Of a stretch of 46,632 nucleotides of DNA, positions 20,684 to 30,290 are shown one piece after another; positions within the stretch are counted from its first letter, which is position 1, and each line of letters opens with the position of its first letter. The notes beneath the pieces were generated by a model that was not told the origin of the DNA, did not search any database, and saw nothing but the letters and a program-made list of their open reading frames with translations. Origin of the DNA: an uncultured archaeon (GTDB taxonomy: Archaea; Asgardarchaeota; Heimdallarchaeia; Heimdallarchaeales; Kariarchaeaceae); contig CAZYCQ010000005.1 in the NCBI GenBank assembly GCA_964645535.1, positions 61,394-108,025 on the forward strand, written 5' to 3'. A program made the translations under genes and the position numbers.

Positions 20684-20756
20684 TGGGCTCGGCCGGAATT
20701 GAACCGGCGATCTTCCGCGTGTGAGGCGGACGTCATTGCCCCTAGACCACGAGCCC
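20684..20756 (-). tRNA. tRNA-Val (anticodon CAC), intron-less, CCA not encoded
   Basis: Minus strand reads GGGCTCG TG GTCTAGGGGCAATGAC G TCCGC CTCACAC GCGGA AGATC GCCGG TTCAATT CCGGC CGAGCCC A, a full cloverleaf followed by a T-run. Confidence 0.97.
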
Positions 20757-20785
20757 TATTCAATTTGGTGATATTTTTCTTTGAT

Positions 20786-21532
20786 TTAATCTTTTTCGGT
20801 AGTTATTGCTTTTGTTTCTTTTGGGAGTAATTTAATTAGGAATGTTTTGAGTTTTTCTAGTTCGTTTACTGGGAATACAGGTCCTAATATTTTGTTGTAG
20901 AGGTATTTTTCGATGCTGACGAAGATTTTGTCATTTTTCCATCCTATTTTGTTTAATTTTGTTATGGTTGCTTGTATCATTGGTGTTGGTCCTACGACAA
21001 ATGCGAATTGATGTTCTGTTGTTTGAATTAGATCCGTAACGTTTCCTGTCGGTGTATCCTTTTGGAATATTATTTTTGCGTTCCATGTTTTGATTTCATC
21101 TTTGTATGGGATTGTCGATTTGTTTTCTGTTCCGTAGAGTATTGTTACTTCTCCTTGTTCAAGGGATTTCATGAGGGATCTTATTGGTGTTATTCCTGTT
21201 CCTCCTGCAATGCAGAGTACTTTTGTTCCTGCCAATTTGGTTAATGGGATGGCAGTTCCTTTTGGTTCACTTACTAACATGGTGTCTCCTTCCTTCAGTT
21301 CAAAGAGTCTGTTGGTGACCTCGTTTCCTTTACGTATTGTGAAGAGGAGGAACTCTTCCTTTGTTCCGGATGCGATTGCCATGGGCGAGTATTCATGCGG
21401 CAGGACTCGTGATCCGACGAAGCAATATTGTCCTGGTGAAAAGATGAAGGTCGGTGGTTTTTCGAGGTAGAATGATTTGATATCCTTTCCTTCATCTACA
21501 ATTTTCAGTATTTTGAGGTGGTATGTATCCAT
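20786..21532 (-). CDS. FAD/NAD-binding FNR-family oxidoreductase (PyrK/hydrogenase-gamma-like, no Fe-S cysteines)
   Basis: FSPGQY, SPMAIAS, IAGGTGITPIRS, VVGPTPMI, SIE...GPVF. Confidence 0.85.
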   Translation of the reverse strand: MDTYHLKILKIVDEGKDIKSFYLEKPPTFIFSPGQYCFVGSRVLPHEYSPMAIASGTKEEFLLFTIRKGNEVTNRLFELKEGDTMLVSEPKGTAIPLTKLAGTKVLCIAGGTGITPIRSLMKSLEQGEVTILYGTENKSTIPYKDEIKTWNAKIIFQKDTPTGNVTDLIQTTEHQFAFVVGPTPMIQATITKLNKIGWKNDKIFVSIEKYLYNKILGPVFPVNELEKLKTFLIKLLPKETKAITTEKD

Positions 21533-21750
21533 TAGGGTTATGATGGTTTAATGCTTATTAACGTTGGTGGTGTAAATTTTTTATAATTTGTTCTTTTTTC
21601 TATCAAGGATGTATGTAGTGTTTTTTTTTTTGAAAGTGGGTTATGTTTCGGCAGAGTTGCTATTTGTGGGGAAAGGTCTTTATAATTGCGGAGTGCATTT
21701 TTTTTGTGGCACGTGATTACCGACAAATTCTATCGCATGTACGATGTTCA

Positions 21751-23502
21751 ATGGGGGAGACGGCACCTGATCTTCTTTTGCTTGGAGGTACAGTCGTAAA
21801 CACGCTTACCGGTGAATTGATGGGGGCAGACATTGCAATCAAGTCAGATCGCATTGTTCGTGTTGGGGATGTGAGTGATCTTCTTTCATTTTCCCCACCC
21901 CAAATGGATTGTAGTGGTTCCTTTCTGCTTCCGGGACTGATTGATTCGCATTTGCATACGGAATCGTCTCTTCTGACTCCTTCTCATTTTGCCCAGGTAG
22001 CGTTGACTCGTGGTACTACCACTGTAGTCGTTGATCCGCATGAGATTGGAAATGTACTGGGAATTGAGGGGTTGAAACTGTATCTTGATGAGGTGCGATC
22101 ACTTCCGCTTGAATTTTTAGTGGAGGTTCCCAGTTGTGTTCCAGCCGCTCCTACTTTGGAGACCGGCTCTCACATCATTTCCTCGCATGAATATCCTACT
22201 CTCTTCTCCCTTGATTTTTTTGGTCTTGCGGAAATGATGAATTTTCCGGGTGTTATTCATGGTGAGGAAGAGGTGCTAAAAAAATTGGCTTATGCAGAGG
22301 CTTATGGCAAGATTCGAGAAGGTCATGCCCCGGCTTTGACTGGGAAGGAATTGCAGGCCTATCTTACGGCAGGTATTTCCTCGGATCATGAAAGCTTCTC
22401 TGTAGAAGAGGTGGTTGAAAAGCTCCGTTCCGGTTGCAAGATTCAGTTGCGGGAGGGGAGTTTTGCAAGGAACCTTGTGAAACTGGCAACCGGCATCAAG
22501 GAAAAATTGAGTTCTGCCAAAAATCCTTGGGATCAGGTCATAATCTGTACGGACGACAAGCATGCCGATGATCTGTTGTATTCGGGACATTTGGATCATT
22601 CTTTGAGGCTTTTGGTCAATCAGGTCGGACTTGACCCAATCACTGCGATTCAGATATGTACGCTTAATCCTGCGCGACATTTGAAAAGGGATGATTTGGG
22701 GTCACTTGCTCCCGGAAACGTTGCCAACATAGTTCGGGTTGACAATCTCACTGACTTTAAAGTATTGGATGTCGTATCCAAGGGTCAACATGTGGCTACA
22801 GAGGGTCGACTATTGGTTGCTATTGAACCTGTGACTTATCCAGATTGGGCATTGACAACAGTCCGACCCAAATTTGTCCCCTCTAGGGACGATTTCCACA
22901 TTGAGGCTCCCATTTCCGACGGATATATTGATGCGCATGTCATTGGTGTTCTGGAGCATTCCTTGGTGACTGATCATCTAGTTGAGAAAGTTAGAATACA
23001 GGGTGGGAGAGTTGTTCTTGATGGTTCCCGGGATCTTGCCTATTATTTCCTTTTGGATCGTCATGGCAAGACGAATCACTTCTCCAAATCCTTGGTTCAT
23101 GGATTCAAATTCGAAAAGGATGTGGCCGTAGCATCAACTGTGGGTCATGACAGTCATCAAATCTTGATTGTGGGCAATTCTCCCGATTGCATGGAATTTG
23201 CACTTACTAAATTAATGGAGACTAATGGAGGCCAGATCATCGTAAAAATGACTGATGGTGAATTCGACTACCGCATGCTTCCCCTTCCTTATGCCGGTCT
23301 TATGTCTCTTGAACCTCCTGAAAAGGTCGCCGCAATGATGCATGAGATGAAACGATTTTCCGCAGAAGTATGTAGGGGCATTTCTGAGCCGTTCATGTCT
23401 CTTTCATTCATGGCATTGCCTGTCATTCCCAAGCTCAAGCTTTCGGATTTGGGTGTAGTAGACGTTGACCAGTTCAAGGTGATTGATCTTTTCGTCATGT
23501 AG
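21751..23502 (+). CDS. ade: Adenine deaminase
   Basis: PGLIDSHLHTESS, DPHEIGNV, EMMNFPGV, GHAP, SDHE, LREGS, CTDD, GHDSH, LPVIPKLK. Confidence 0.95.
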   Translation: MGETAPDLLLLGGTVVNTLTGELMGADIAIKSDRIVRVGDVSDLLSFSPPQMDCSGSFLLPGLIDSHLHTESSLLTPSHFAQVALTRGTTTVVVDPHEIGNVLGIEGLKLYLDEVRSLPLEFLVEVPSCVPAAPTLETGSHIISSHEYPTLFSLDFFGLAEMMNFPGVIHGEEEVLKKLAYAEAYGKIREGHAPALTGKELQAYLTAGISSDHESFSVEEVVEKLRSGCKIQLREGSFARNLVKLATGIKEKLSSAKNPWDQVIICTDDKHADDLLYSGHLDHSLRLLVNQVGLDPITAIQICTLNPARHLKRDDLGSLAPGNVANIVRVDNLTDFKVLDVVSKGQHVATEGRLLVAIEPVTYPDWALTTVRPKFVPSRDDFHIEAPISDGYIDAHVIGVLEHSLVTDHLVEKVRIQGGRVVLDGSRDLAYYFLLDRHGKTNHFSKSLVHGFKFEKDVAVASTVGHDSHQILIVGNSPDCMEFALTKLMETNGGQIIVKMTDGEFDYRMLPLPYAGLMSLEPPEKVAAMMHEMKRFSAEVCRGISEPFMSLSFMALPVIPKLKLSDLGVVDVDQFKVIDLFVM

Positions 23503-23907
23503 CTAGGATGTTCTTTGACAGGAATCAAAGGCATCTCCGATCGCGTTCTGAAGGTTTTCCTTCATTAAATCCTTGAATCGATGCAGGGTTTCATCCCAAA
23601 ACAATCCTTTGCAAAGTTCTTCGGAAAAGATCATTGTTCCATGGAGAAGGATCAATTTGACAAATTGAATGACCCCTTCTTTTCCTCCCTCAATTTTCAG
23701 TTCATCATCATTTTCTCCATGGCGGGTCAGCTTGATCTCTTCTTCCCCATATTCCATGACGATGATCTTTGAACTGCTTGTAGTTGAATCGAACTGCAAT
23801 TTCAGAAAAAACCCATTGCTTTGATCCTTGTCAATGGATTCTACAATTTTTTTCAGGAATACCCCTGTAATGATTTGTGAGTTTTTGATCTTGATCGATA
23901 CTGTCAT
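23503..23907 (-). CDS. Hypothetical protein
   Basis: 134-aa ORF downstream of the antiporter with a GAGGT-type RBS. Confidence 0.5.
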   Translation of the reverse strand: MTVSIKIKNSQIITGVFLKKIVESIDKDQSNGFFLKLQFDSTTSSSKIIVMEYGEEEIKLTRHGENDDELKIEGGKEGVIQFVKLILLHGTMIFSEELCKGLFWDETLHRFKDLMKENLQNAIGDAFDSCQRTS

Positions 23908-23948
23908 AATTACTCATACCTCTTCGGACATTATAACCTGTTTTTTCC

Positions 23949-25253
23949 CTATAGCTTCAGGGTTTCTGGTTTTTCGTCTTCAGTCTTTTGTCGGGTGATG
24001 ACCATTTTCATTGAAAGTGGGACGAATATGGCCGTGATGGCTACAGTCAATACCAGCATGCCAAAGACCGCGGGCGAAAACACTCCTATTGAAAGACCTG
24101 TTGTCGCAATGACGATGATGACTTCTCCTCGTGGTGCCATTCCTAGACCTATTTCAATGGCCTCCATTTTCGTATTTCCATTGGCTAATGCTCCTATTCC
24201 TGCACCAATTAGCTTTGAAAGTATCGCGATCAGTGCCAATATCAGCGAGAGTGCCACCACCTCCATTCCCGAAACCACCCCCAAATCCACTCGAAAACCT
24301 ACAGATATAAAGAAAAAGGGTATCAACCACTTTGAAAGAGGTGTGATGAGGTCTTCTATCAGCTCCTTCAACTCTTCATTTTGTGTTGTCAGAACCCCTG
24401 CAACGAAAGCTCCGATGATGGGACTCAACTCAAGCGTTCCCGCTAGCCAAGCAAAAACAAATACAAGACCCATAACAAATGTCAATCTCTTGTATGTATC
24501 CTTTGTCTTCAAAAGACTGTTGACAATCCATTTCTGAAGGACAAAATGGATCATCAACGCAATAAGGGCAAATGATAGAATCTTTGCAAAGATAATGGTC
24601 ATATCAACCAATGCGCCTGCACCAAATGCTTTTTCCTCCTCTACAAACCCTAAGGCAACTGAGAATAACACAAGTGCAAGAATGTCGTCAATAATCGCGG
24701 CTCCGATCAAAATTCCTGTTGATTTTGCACCAAATCTTCCCAATTCAATAAGTACTCTGATGGAAATTCCTATGCTTGTCGCCGTCAAACCCACCCCCAA
24801 AAACAATGCCGTGTCGAATGTGGTAAATTCTTCCACGGCCACTGTCTTCGAAAAGATCAATCCAAACGTGATCCCTGCAATCAAGGGAAGAATGGTTCCC
24901 CCTATGGCTACATTGGTGGAATCCTTCCCCAATTTCCTAAGCAGTTTCAGATCCACTTCCACACCTACCTGCAAAAGCAAAAGAAGTCCTGCCATTTCGG
25001 AAATGAAGGCAATTATCTCTGTTGCTGACGCAATTTCCTTTGATGAAACCAATCCTATGGTTGAAAGAATCGAATACGAGGGATCTGAAAAAGAAAGAAT
25101 GCGGAGGAAAGTCGGTCCCAAAATTATTCCCAACAGAATCTCTCCCAATACTTGGGGAATGGACAGTCTTTCGGATATGTATTGAGCCATTTCAATCAGA
25201 AATGTCAATACTCCGATCAACAGGAATATGAAAAGGAAGGGCGTCTCTGCCAT
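23949..25253 (-). CDS. Cation:proton antiporter (CPA2/NapA-like)
   Basis: PQVLGEILLGIILGP, ATSIGIS, AAIIDD, IIGAFVAG, PFFFISVG, MAPRGEV. Confidence 0.93.
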   Translation of the reverse strand: MAETPFLFIFLLIGVLTFLIEMAQYISERLSIPQVLGEILLGIILGPTFLRILSFSDPSYSILSTIGLVSSKEIASATEIIAFISEMAGLLLLLQVGVEVDLKLLRKLGKDSTNVAIGGTILPLIAGITFGLIFSKTVAVEEFTTFDTALFLGVGLTATSIGISIRVLIELGRFGAKSTGILIGAAIIDDILALVLFSVALGFVEEEKAFGAGALVDMTIIFAKILSFALIALMIHFVLQKWIVNSLLKTKDTYKRLTFVMGLVFVFAWLAGTLELSPIIGAFVAGVLTTQNEELKELIEDLITPLSKWLIPFFFISVGFRVDLGVVSGMEVVALSLILALIAILSKLIGAGIGALANGNTKMEAIEIGLGMAPRGEVIIVIATTGLSIGVFSPAVFGMLVLTVAITAIFVPLSMKMVITRQKTEDEKPETLKL

Positions 25254-25467
25254 ACGACCAATCCGAATTCACCCTATCAAAAACTCTTCTTTGAACACCA
25301 ATCCTTGTATGGTATTTTGGTCGTGAACGTTCATTGGTCTCATTCTTTCTCCATTCCAACTGTCTTTCTTCGATGATTGGGGTTTGGTGAATTGGTCTTG
25401 TCCCAAAAATGCCAATATTTGGCTGAAATGGGTTATCCTTTTATAATGGTTGATGAAAAATCGAACC

Positions 25468-27033
25468 ATGGGTTACGAAGCTCATCGGCTGAATGTTGCT
25501 TCTCTTTTGGAAAACAGCGCTCGAGATTTTCCTGAGAAGGTTGCCGTAATTTACGGAGATATGAGGTTGACCTATCATCAGATCAATGCGATGGCATCTC
25601 AAGTGGCAAACGGGTTGAAATCGAAAGGTATTGGAAAAGGTGACAAAGTCGCCCTGTCCATGTTGAACCTGCCATATTTCCCGATCATCTATTATGGCAT
25701 TCTCAAAACAGGTGCAACAGTGGTTCCGCTTAACGTACTTTTCAAACGTAATGAGATTTCCTACCATCTAAAGGATTCAGATGCAAAGGCCTATTTCGCT
25801 TTTATTGGGACTGAACAACTCCCCATGGGGCAAGAAGCTCTTGCTGGTTTTTCTGAGGTTGACTCCTGTGAGCATTTCTGGATCGTTCTTCCACCTGGTG
25901 TTGATAATCCGTTCGATGGTGTTCAAACCCTTGATGACTTGATGAATGGTCAATCTCCCAATTTCTGGAGTGTGTCTGTTGATAAGAATGATCCTGCAGT
26001 AATTCTCTATACCTCTGGAACAACGGGTCAACCAAAAGGGGCCGTCCTTTCCCATTCCAATATTTACTTCAATGCATTCGTGGTTCAGGGACTTTTCAGG
26101 CAAACATCTGATGACATTCATCTTGTGGTTCTTCCTTTGTTCCATAGTTTCGGTCAAGTCGTTCAGATGAATGCTGGATTTCTGTCAGGGTGCACATTGG
26201 TACTTATCCCGCGGTTTGATCCCGCAGCTGTTCTAAGTGCTCTTGAAAAGGAAAATGTCACGGTCTTTGCTGGTGTTCCCACCATGTATTGGGCTCTCCT
26301 CAATTTTCCCAACGCAGATGAATACGATCTACAAAAAATTTCCCGTACTCTCCGATTGGGTGCTTCTGGAGGTTCTGCGATGCCCGTGGAAATCATGAAA
26401 GGATTTGAGGAAAAATATAATGTCACTATCCTTGAAGGATATGGGCTTTCTGAAACATCTCCTGTAGCGAGCTTCTCTAGAATGGATCTACCAAAGAAAC
26501 CTGGTTCAATCGGTGTACCGATCCAAGGGGTCGAAATGGCCATTATGGATGAAAATGGGAATATGCTTGGTCCCAATGAAATTGGGGAGATCGTCATTCG
26601 GGGTCATAACATCATGCTAGGATATTACAATAAACCTGAAGCAACTGAGGAGGCATTCCGCAATGGATGGTTCCATAGTGGTGACCTTGGAAAAATTGAC
26701 GAGGATGGCTACTATTATGTGGTTGACCGACTCAAGGATATGATCATACGGGGTGGGTTCAATGTATATCCGAGAGAAGTTGAGGAAGTTATGTTGACTC
26801 ATCCCAAAATCTCCTTGGTTGCAGTAGTTGGTGAAAAGGACGAGGAATATGGAGAAGAGGTTGTTGCATATGTGGTTCTGAAGGAAGGTGAAACAGCAAC
26901 TCCTGAAGAAATCATTGAATGGTGCAAAAATCAAATGGCAAGCTACAAGTATCCTCGAAGAGTTTACATCAAGGAATCACTTCCAATGACTGCCACCGGC
27001 AAAATCTTGAAACGAGTCCTTACTAATGGTTGA
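25468..27033 (+). CDS. Long-chain fatty acid--CoA ligase
   Basis: YTSGTTGQPKG, EGYGLSETSP, GWFHSGDLG, DRLKDMIIRGGFNVYPREVE, TATGKILKR. Start is 25453 or 25468. Confidence 0.95.
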   Translation: MGYEAHRLNVASLLENSARDFPEKVAVIYGDMRLTYHQINAMASQVANGLKSKGIGKGDKVALSMLNLPYFPIIYYGILKTGATVVPLNVLFKRNEISYHLKDSDAKAYFAFIGTEQLPMGQEALAGFSEVDSCEHFWIVLPPGVDNPFDGVQTLDDLMNGQSPNFWSVSVDKNDPAVILYTSGTTGQPKGAVLSHSNIYFNAFVVQGLFRQTSDDIHLVVLPLFHSFGQVVQMNAGFLSGCTLVLIPRFDPAAVLSALEKENVTVFAGVPTMYWALLNFPNADEYDLQKISRTLRLGASGGSAMPVEIMKGFEEKYNVTILEGYGLSETSPVASFSRMDLPKKPGSIGVPIQGVEMAIMDENGNMLGPNEIGEIVIRGHNIMLGYYNKPEATEEAFRNGWFHSGDLGKIDEDGYYYVVDRLKDMIIRGGFNVYPREVEEVMLTHPKISLVAVVGEKDEEYGEEVVAYVVLKEGETATPEEIIEWCKNQMASYKYPRRVYIKESLPMTATGKILKRVLTNG

Positions 27034-27316
27034 CTTTTCAACAGTTCTTCATTTGGATCTCCGTAACAATTCAATCAACAATTGGGCAACTTGCATCCAT
27101 TTCATTCTTGTTATCGACCTAATAGGAATCTTGGGCGTTTTTCCAACTAATACAAACATAGTTCATTTATTTTTTACATATATCTCTTGTCTCTTATTAT
27201 CGTTTTTATTTATCGATTTTGTTTTCATAAGTTAATGATAAATCTCATCGATTAATGTATTTTTTTCGGTTTTCCTACAAAAAATTTTTAAATTATGTCG
27301 GGGTCGTCTAGTTACC

Positions 27317-27952
27317 ATGAATAGAAAATATTTGGTTGCAGGGTTGGGTTTTGTAACCCTTTTCCTGCTCATTAATTCTGTTTCCGCTGCCATTGACACC
27401 ACCAAAATTGGTGTGGCAGTCGGCGATAAATTTACCTATGAAAGTAAGTCTTTTGTCTCCGGTTCTTCTGAAGAAACAGGCTTTGGCAATGGCACACTTG
27501 TCTTGGAGGTTCTTGGACTTCCTGATTCCGACAATCTTGCGGATGCAAGCCTGACATTTCCCAACGGCACAACTGAAGAAGGTCATGTCAACATGACTGC
27601 CCTTGGTGACTTTTTCATCTATACTGATTGGGATTATTGGACGGGTGATGAGGCATCTCTCGGATTTTTTGAAGGTGCCAACGTTACAGATGATGGAAAT
27701 TCTGTTGAATTCTCCTACTTGTTGGATGCATTCGGTATTTCCTTCGAATATACCGCCAGATACCGGAAATCAAATGGCGTTTTGGAACTCTTCAATTTTA
27801 CGTCTTCAGGCTTTGGTTCTTATTCAAATTTCTATTACGGTTTGATTGAAAGTAAGGCTGAAGGTGAATCCACGCCTGGATTTGAATTGATCGCATTGGC
27901 ATCCCTCCCCATTGTTGCAATGATTGCCTCAAGAAAACGAAGGATGGAATGA
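27317..27952 (+). CDS. Secreted glycoprotein with PGF-CTERM-like sorting signal
   Basis: Signal peptide, GVAVGDKFTYE start motif, N-x-T sequons, C-terminal STPGF + hydrophobic helix + RKRR. Confidence 0.8.
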   Translation: MNRKYLVAGLGFVTLFLLINSVSAAIDTTKIGVAVGDKFTYESKSFVSGSSEETGFGNGTLVLEVLGLPDSDNLADASLTFPNGTTEEGHVNMTALGDFFIYTDWDYWTGDEASLGFFEGANVTDDGNSVEFSYLLDAFGISFEYTARYRKSNGVLELFNFTSSGFGSYSNFYYGLIESKAEGESTPGFELIALASLPIVAMIASRKRRME

Positions 27953-27990
27953 TCCCTTAAACCTATGAATTCAATAAATTCTTACTTTCA

Positions 27991-29232
27991 TCATTGATCA
28001 GATTCGGTTTTATCTTCACTTGAATTTTTGATTGCAGCTTGTTCATTTGTTCCCATTTCTACCTTCTCCTCATCTGTAGATGTAGCTTCATCTTGAGTTG
28101 GCATTGCATTGCCAGCAGTCTTTTCATTGTTTGTTTCCAATGTGCCTGTTGTATTTTCTAGAAATTCCACGTCTGCATTTTTCTCTGCCTTTGGGGTCTT
28201 TTCTTCTTTGATATATCGTTCTTCTGTTTCATTCTCCTTCTTTTGATCTGGAACCTTCTCTTTTGTTTCCTCCTCTTCCTCCTTCTTCTCTACAATCTCT
28301 CCCTTTTCTTTTGGTTGCTTCTCTCTACGCAATCTCGCCAACTTTTGCACGATCTCCTTTTCATCTGCATATGGATTGTCCATTAATTCTCTGAATACCA
28401 AATACTCTTCATAGTCCTCTATCTTTTCAGTTCTTGCAATGGGGAGGACTAGGTTTTCCCGGATGTCCTCTGTGATTTTCCCTCGAAATCTTGCGAAATA
28501 AATGCCTGTCAATAATGTCAGAGGATATACCAAAAGGATAACGCCTTGTATCAAAATTGATCCGAAAAGGGTGATGTTGTCAATAAATGATGGTGCCCTT
28601 TCCTCTGTCAATACAAGCCCGGCTGTCAATGCACCTATTGCTATGAAACTGTTGAAACGGGCGCGATAACGGTCTGCAACCATCCAAGCAATGTCTTTCT
28701 TGCCATTCCAGACTTTAAGGCCAAGATCCTCCATTGCCCACGTCACCGGAATGATCGGTGTCAGGATCAACGGAACAACTGTCAGCAGGAGAACCCAAGT
28801 GATGACACTAGTCCAGCTCTCTGTAGGGGTGTCGAAGGTAATGAAATTGAAAGACCTCAATGCTTTGATGATTGTGGTTGCTAAGGCAAGGAACGCGATA
28901 AGGATGGAAATCAATCGGCCTACTGGTGTAAAGAACCCTACCGGCAATTCCAACCTCTTCTGTTCAAAATAAACGTCAGTTCCTCCTGCAATAAGCTTCT
29001 TACCTATGAAATTTCGGCAAACAAACCAAAACACCTTCTGTGAATATTTCGCTATGAACTTACTCCAGATCCAAAAGGTGCCTACAGTACTTAATGTTGC
29101 ATAGATCAAAAGAACAGTGGCTCTAGCAACATCTTCTGTAAACAGAAATATGATCTGAAGGTAGATTCCCAATGCCAAAATGACCAAAAGGACTACAAAA
29201 TGCCTGTTGCGTAGTATCGTTTCCTTATCCAT
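27991..29232 (-). CDS. Multi-pass membrane protein with long acidic low-complexity tail
   Basis: About 6 TMs followed by an E/K-rich disordered C-terminus. Confidence 0.7.
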   Translation of the reverse strand: MDKETILRNRHFVVLLVILALGIYLQIIFLFTEDVARATVLLIYATLSTVGTFWIWSKFIAKYSQKVFWFVCRNFIGKKLIAGGTDVYFEQKRLELPVGFFTPVGRLISILIAFLALATTIIKALRSFNFITFDTPTESWTSVITWVLLLTVVPLILTPIIPVTWAMEDLGLKVWNGKKDIAWMVADRYRARFNSFIAIGALTAGLVLTEERAPSFIDNITLFGSILIQGVILLVYPLTLLTGIYFARFRGKITEDIRENLVLPIARTEKIEDYEEYLVFRELMDNPYADEKEIVQKLARLRREKQPKEKGEIVEKKEEEEETKEKVPDQKKENETEERYIKEEKTPKAEKNADVEFLENTTGTLETNNEKTAGNAMPTQDEATSTDEEKVEMGTNEQAAIKNSSEDKTESDQ

Positions 29233-29433
29233 GACACTTACGCATTATTGATTTTGTTTAAAAAATTGTCGCGTCGCTCATGCATTTTATTGAAATGCGG
29301 GTTCCATTGTGGGACTCGATCCTCTGTTTTGGGATGATCGTGGTGTTTCTCGATCCGTTTTTCCCTCTACAATATTGGCTGTTTTAAAATGGTGTAGGAT
29401 AGAAATACTTTTTCAAAAATCTCATTCTTAAAG

Positions 29434-30219
29434 TTATTTATATACGCTTCCTGATCCACCACATGTTCCACAGGTGGTGTAACCCCCATTACACATGCAA
29501 GGAATAAATTCTTCCCGGTAGATCGGAGTTCCATCCCAATCATAATCCATCCTAGTTTCCGACCTTCCTCCCATTCCATAGCATGAGGAACAGGTGGTTT
29601 GTCCGGATCCGGCACATGTCCCACATTGTCTATATGCATCTGGTGACAGATCATGGACTTTTGTGGAGGATGACCTGCCTCTTTTTTGTACTCCTGGTTT
29701 TTTGGCCGGTTCTTTCGGAAATCGTTTCATCATCTCTTTCTCATAGGCAATCGCAAATTTGGTGAAAATCTCCAATGCATCTGCTGAAAAGGATTTCTTG
29801 TATTCCAGCATTTCAAATAACGCTTTCATCCGGTTTTTGGAAACATATCCGTCATGGATAATTTCATAAAGGAGATAGGTAATCTGACGAGGATAGATCA
29901 TTTTTTGCAATCCGTTTTGGACATTTCTGGCAAGTATCGCCTCAATGGTCTTTGGAAAATCAATACGGAGTCCGATTGATCCCCGTTTGCCGAGTAGTCC
30001 TTCCATGAAACCATTGTATACTTTCACCGCATCCTCTGTCATGTTTCCATAGGTATATCTTTTGATATCCTTCAATCCTTGCATTTCCACAGAATCAATG
30101 GTTCCGTCCAGCATTGCATAGACAAGGAGATCCTGCAGATCATAGACGTCCAGCTTGGATCCTTTTCCCTTTCCTTTCTTTTTCAGCATGTCTTTTGCTG
30201 CTCTCTTTACGTCAAACAT
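29434..30219 (-). CDS. Hypothetical protein with two helical DG-motif repeats and a DnaJ-type CxxCxGxG zinc finger
   Basis: LLVYAMLDGTIDSVE / LLYEIIHDGYVSKNR repeats; CGTCAGSG, CSSCYGMG, CMCNGG, CGTCGGSG. Confidence 0.7.
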   Translation of the reverse strand: MFDVKRAAKDMLKKKGKGKGSKLDVYDLQDLLVYAMLDGTIDSVEMQGLKDIKRYTYGNMTEDAVKVYNGFMEGLLGKRGSIGLRIDFPKTIEAILARNVQNGLQKMIYPRQITYLLYEIIHDGYVSKNRMKALFEMLEYKKSFSADALEIFTKFAIAYEKEMMKRFPKEPAKKPGVQKRGRSSSTKVHDLSPDAYRQCGTCAGSGQTTCSSCYGMGGRSETRMDYDWDGTPIYREEFIPCMCNGGYTTCGTCGGSGSVYK

Positions 30220-30290
30220 TGAAATGAAATGGAGAACCGCTTATATTAATATTTTCTCAAGAAATGGTGGGATTGAATCCCTATGGTAAT

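Noticed and set aside
20684-20756. tRNA as attachment site of an integrated element
   Set aside because: No duplicated tRNA 3' end and no integrase were seen in the window.
29280-29360. tRNA-like or structured RNA (GGGACTCGATCC)
   Set aside because: No cloverleaf can be built.
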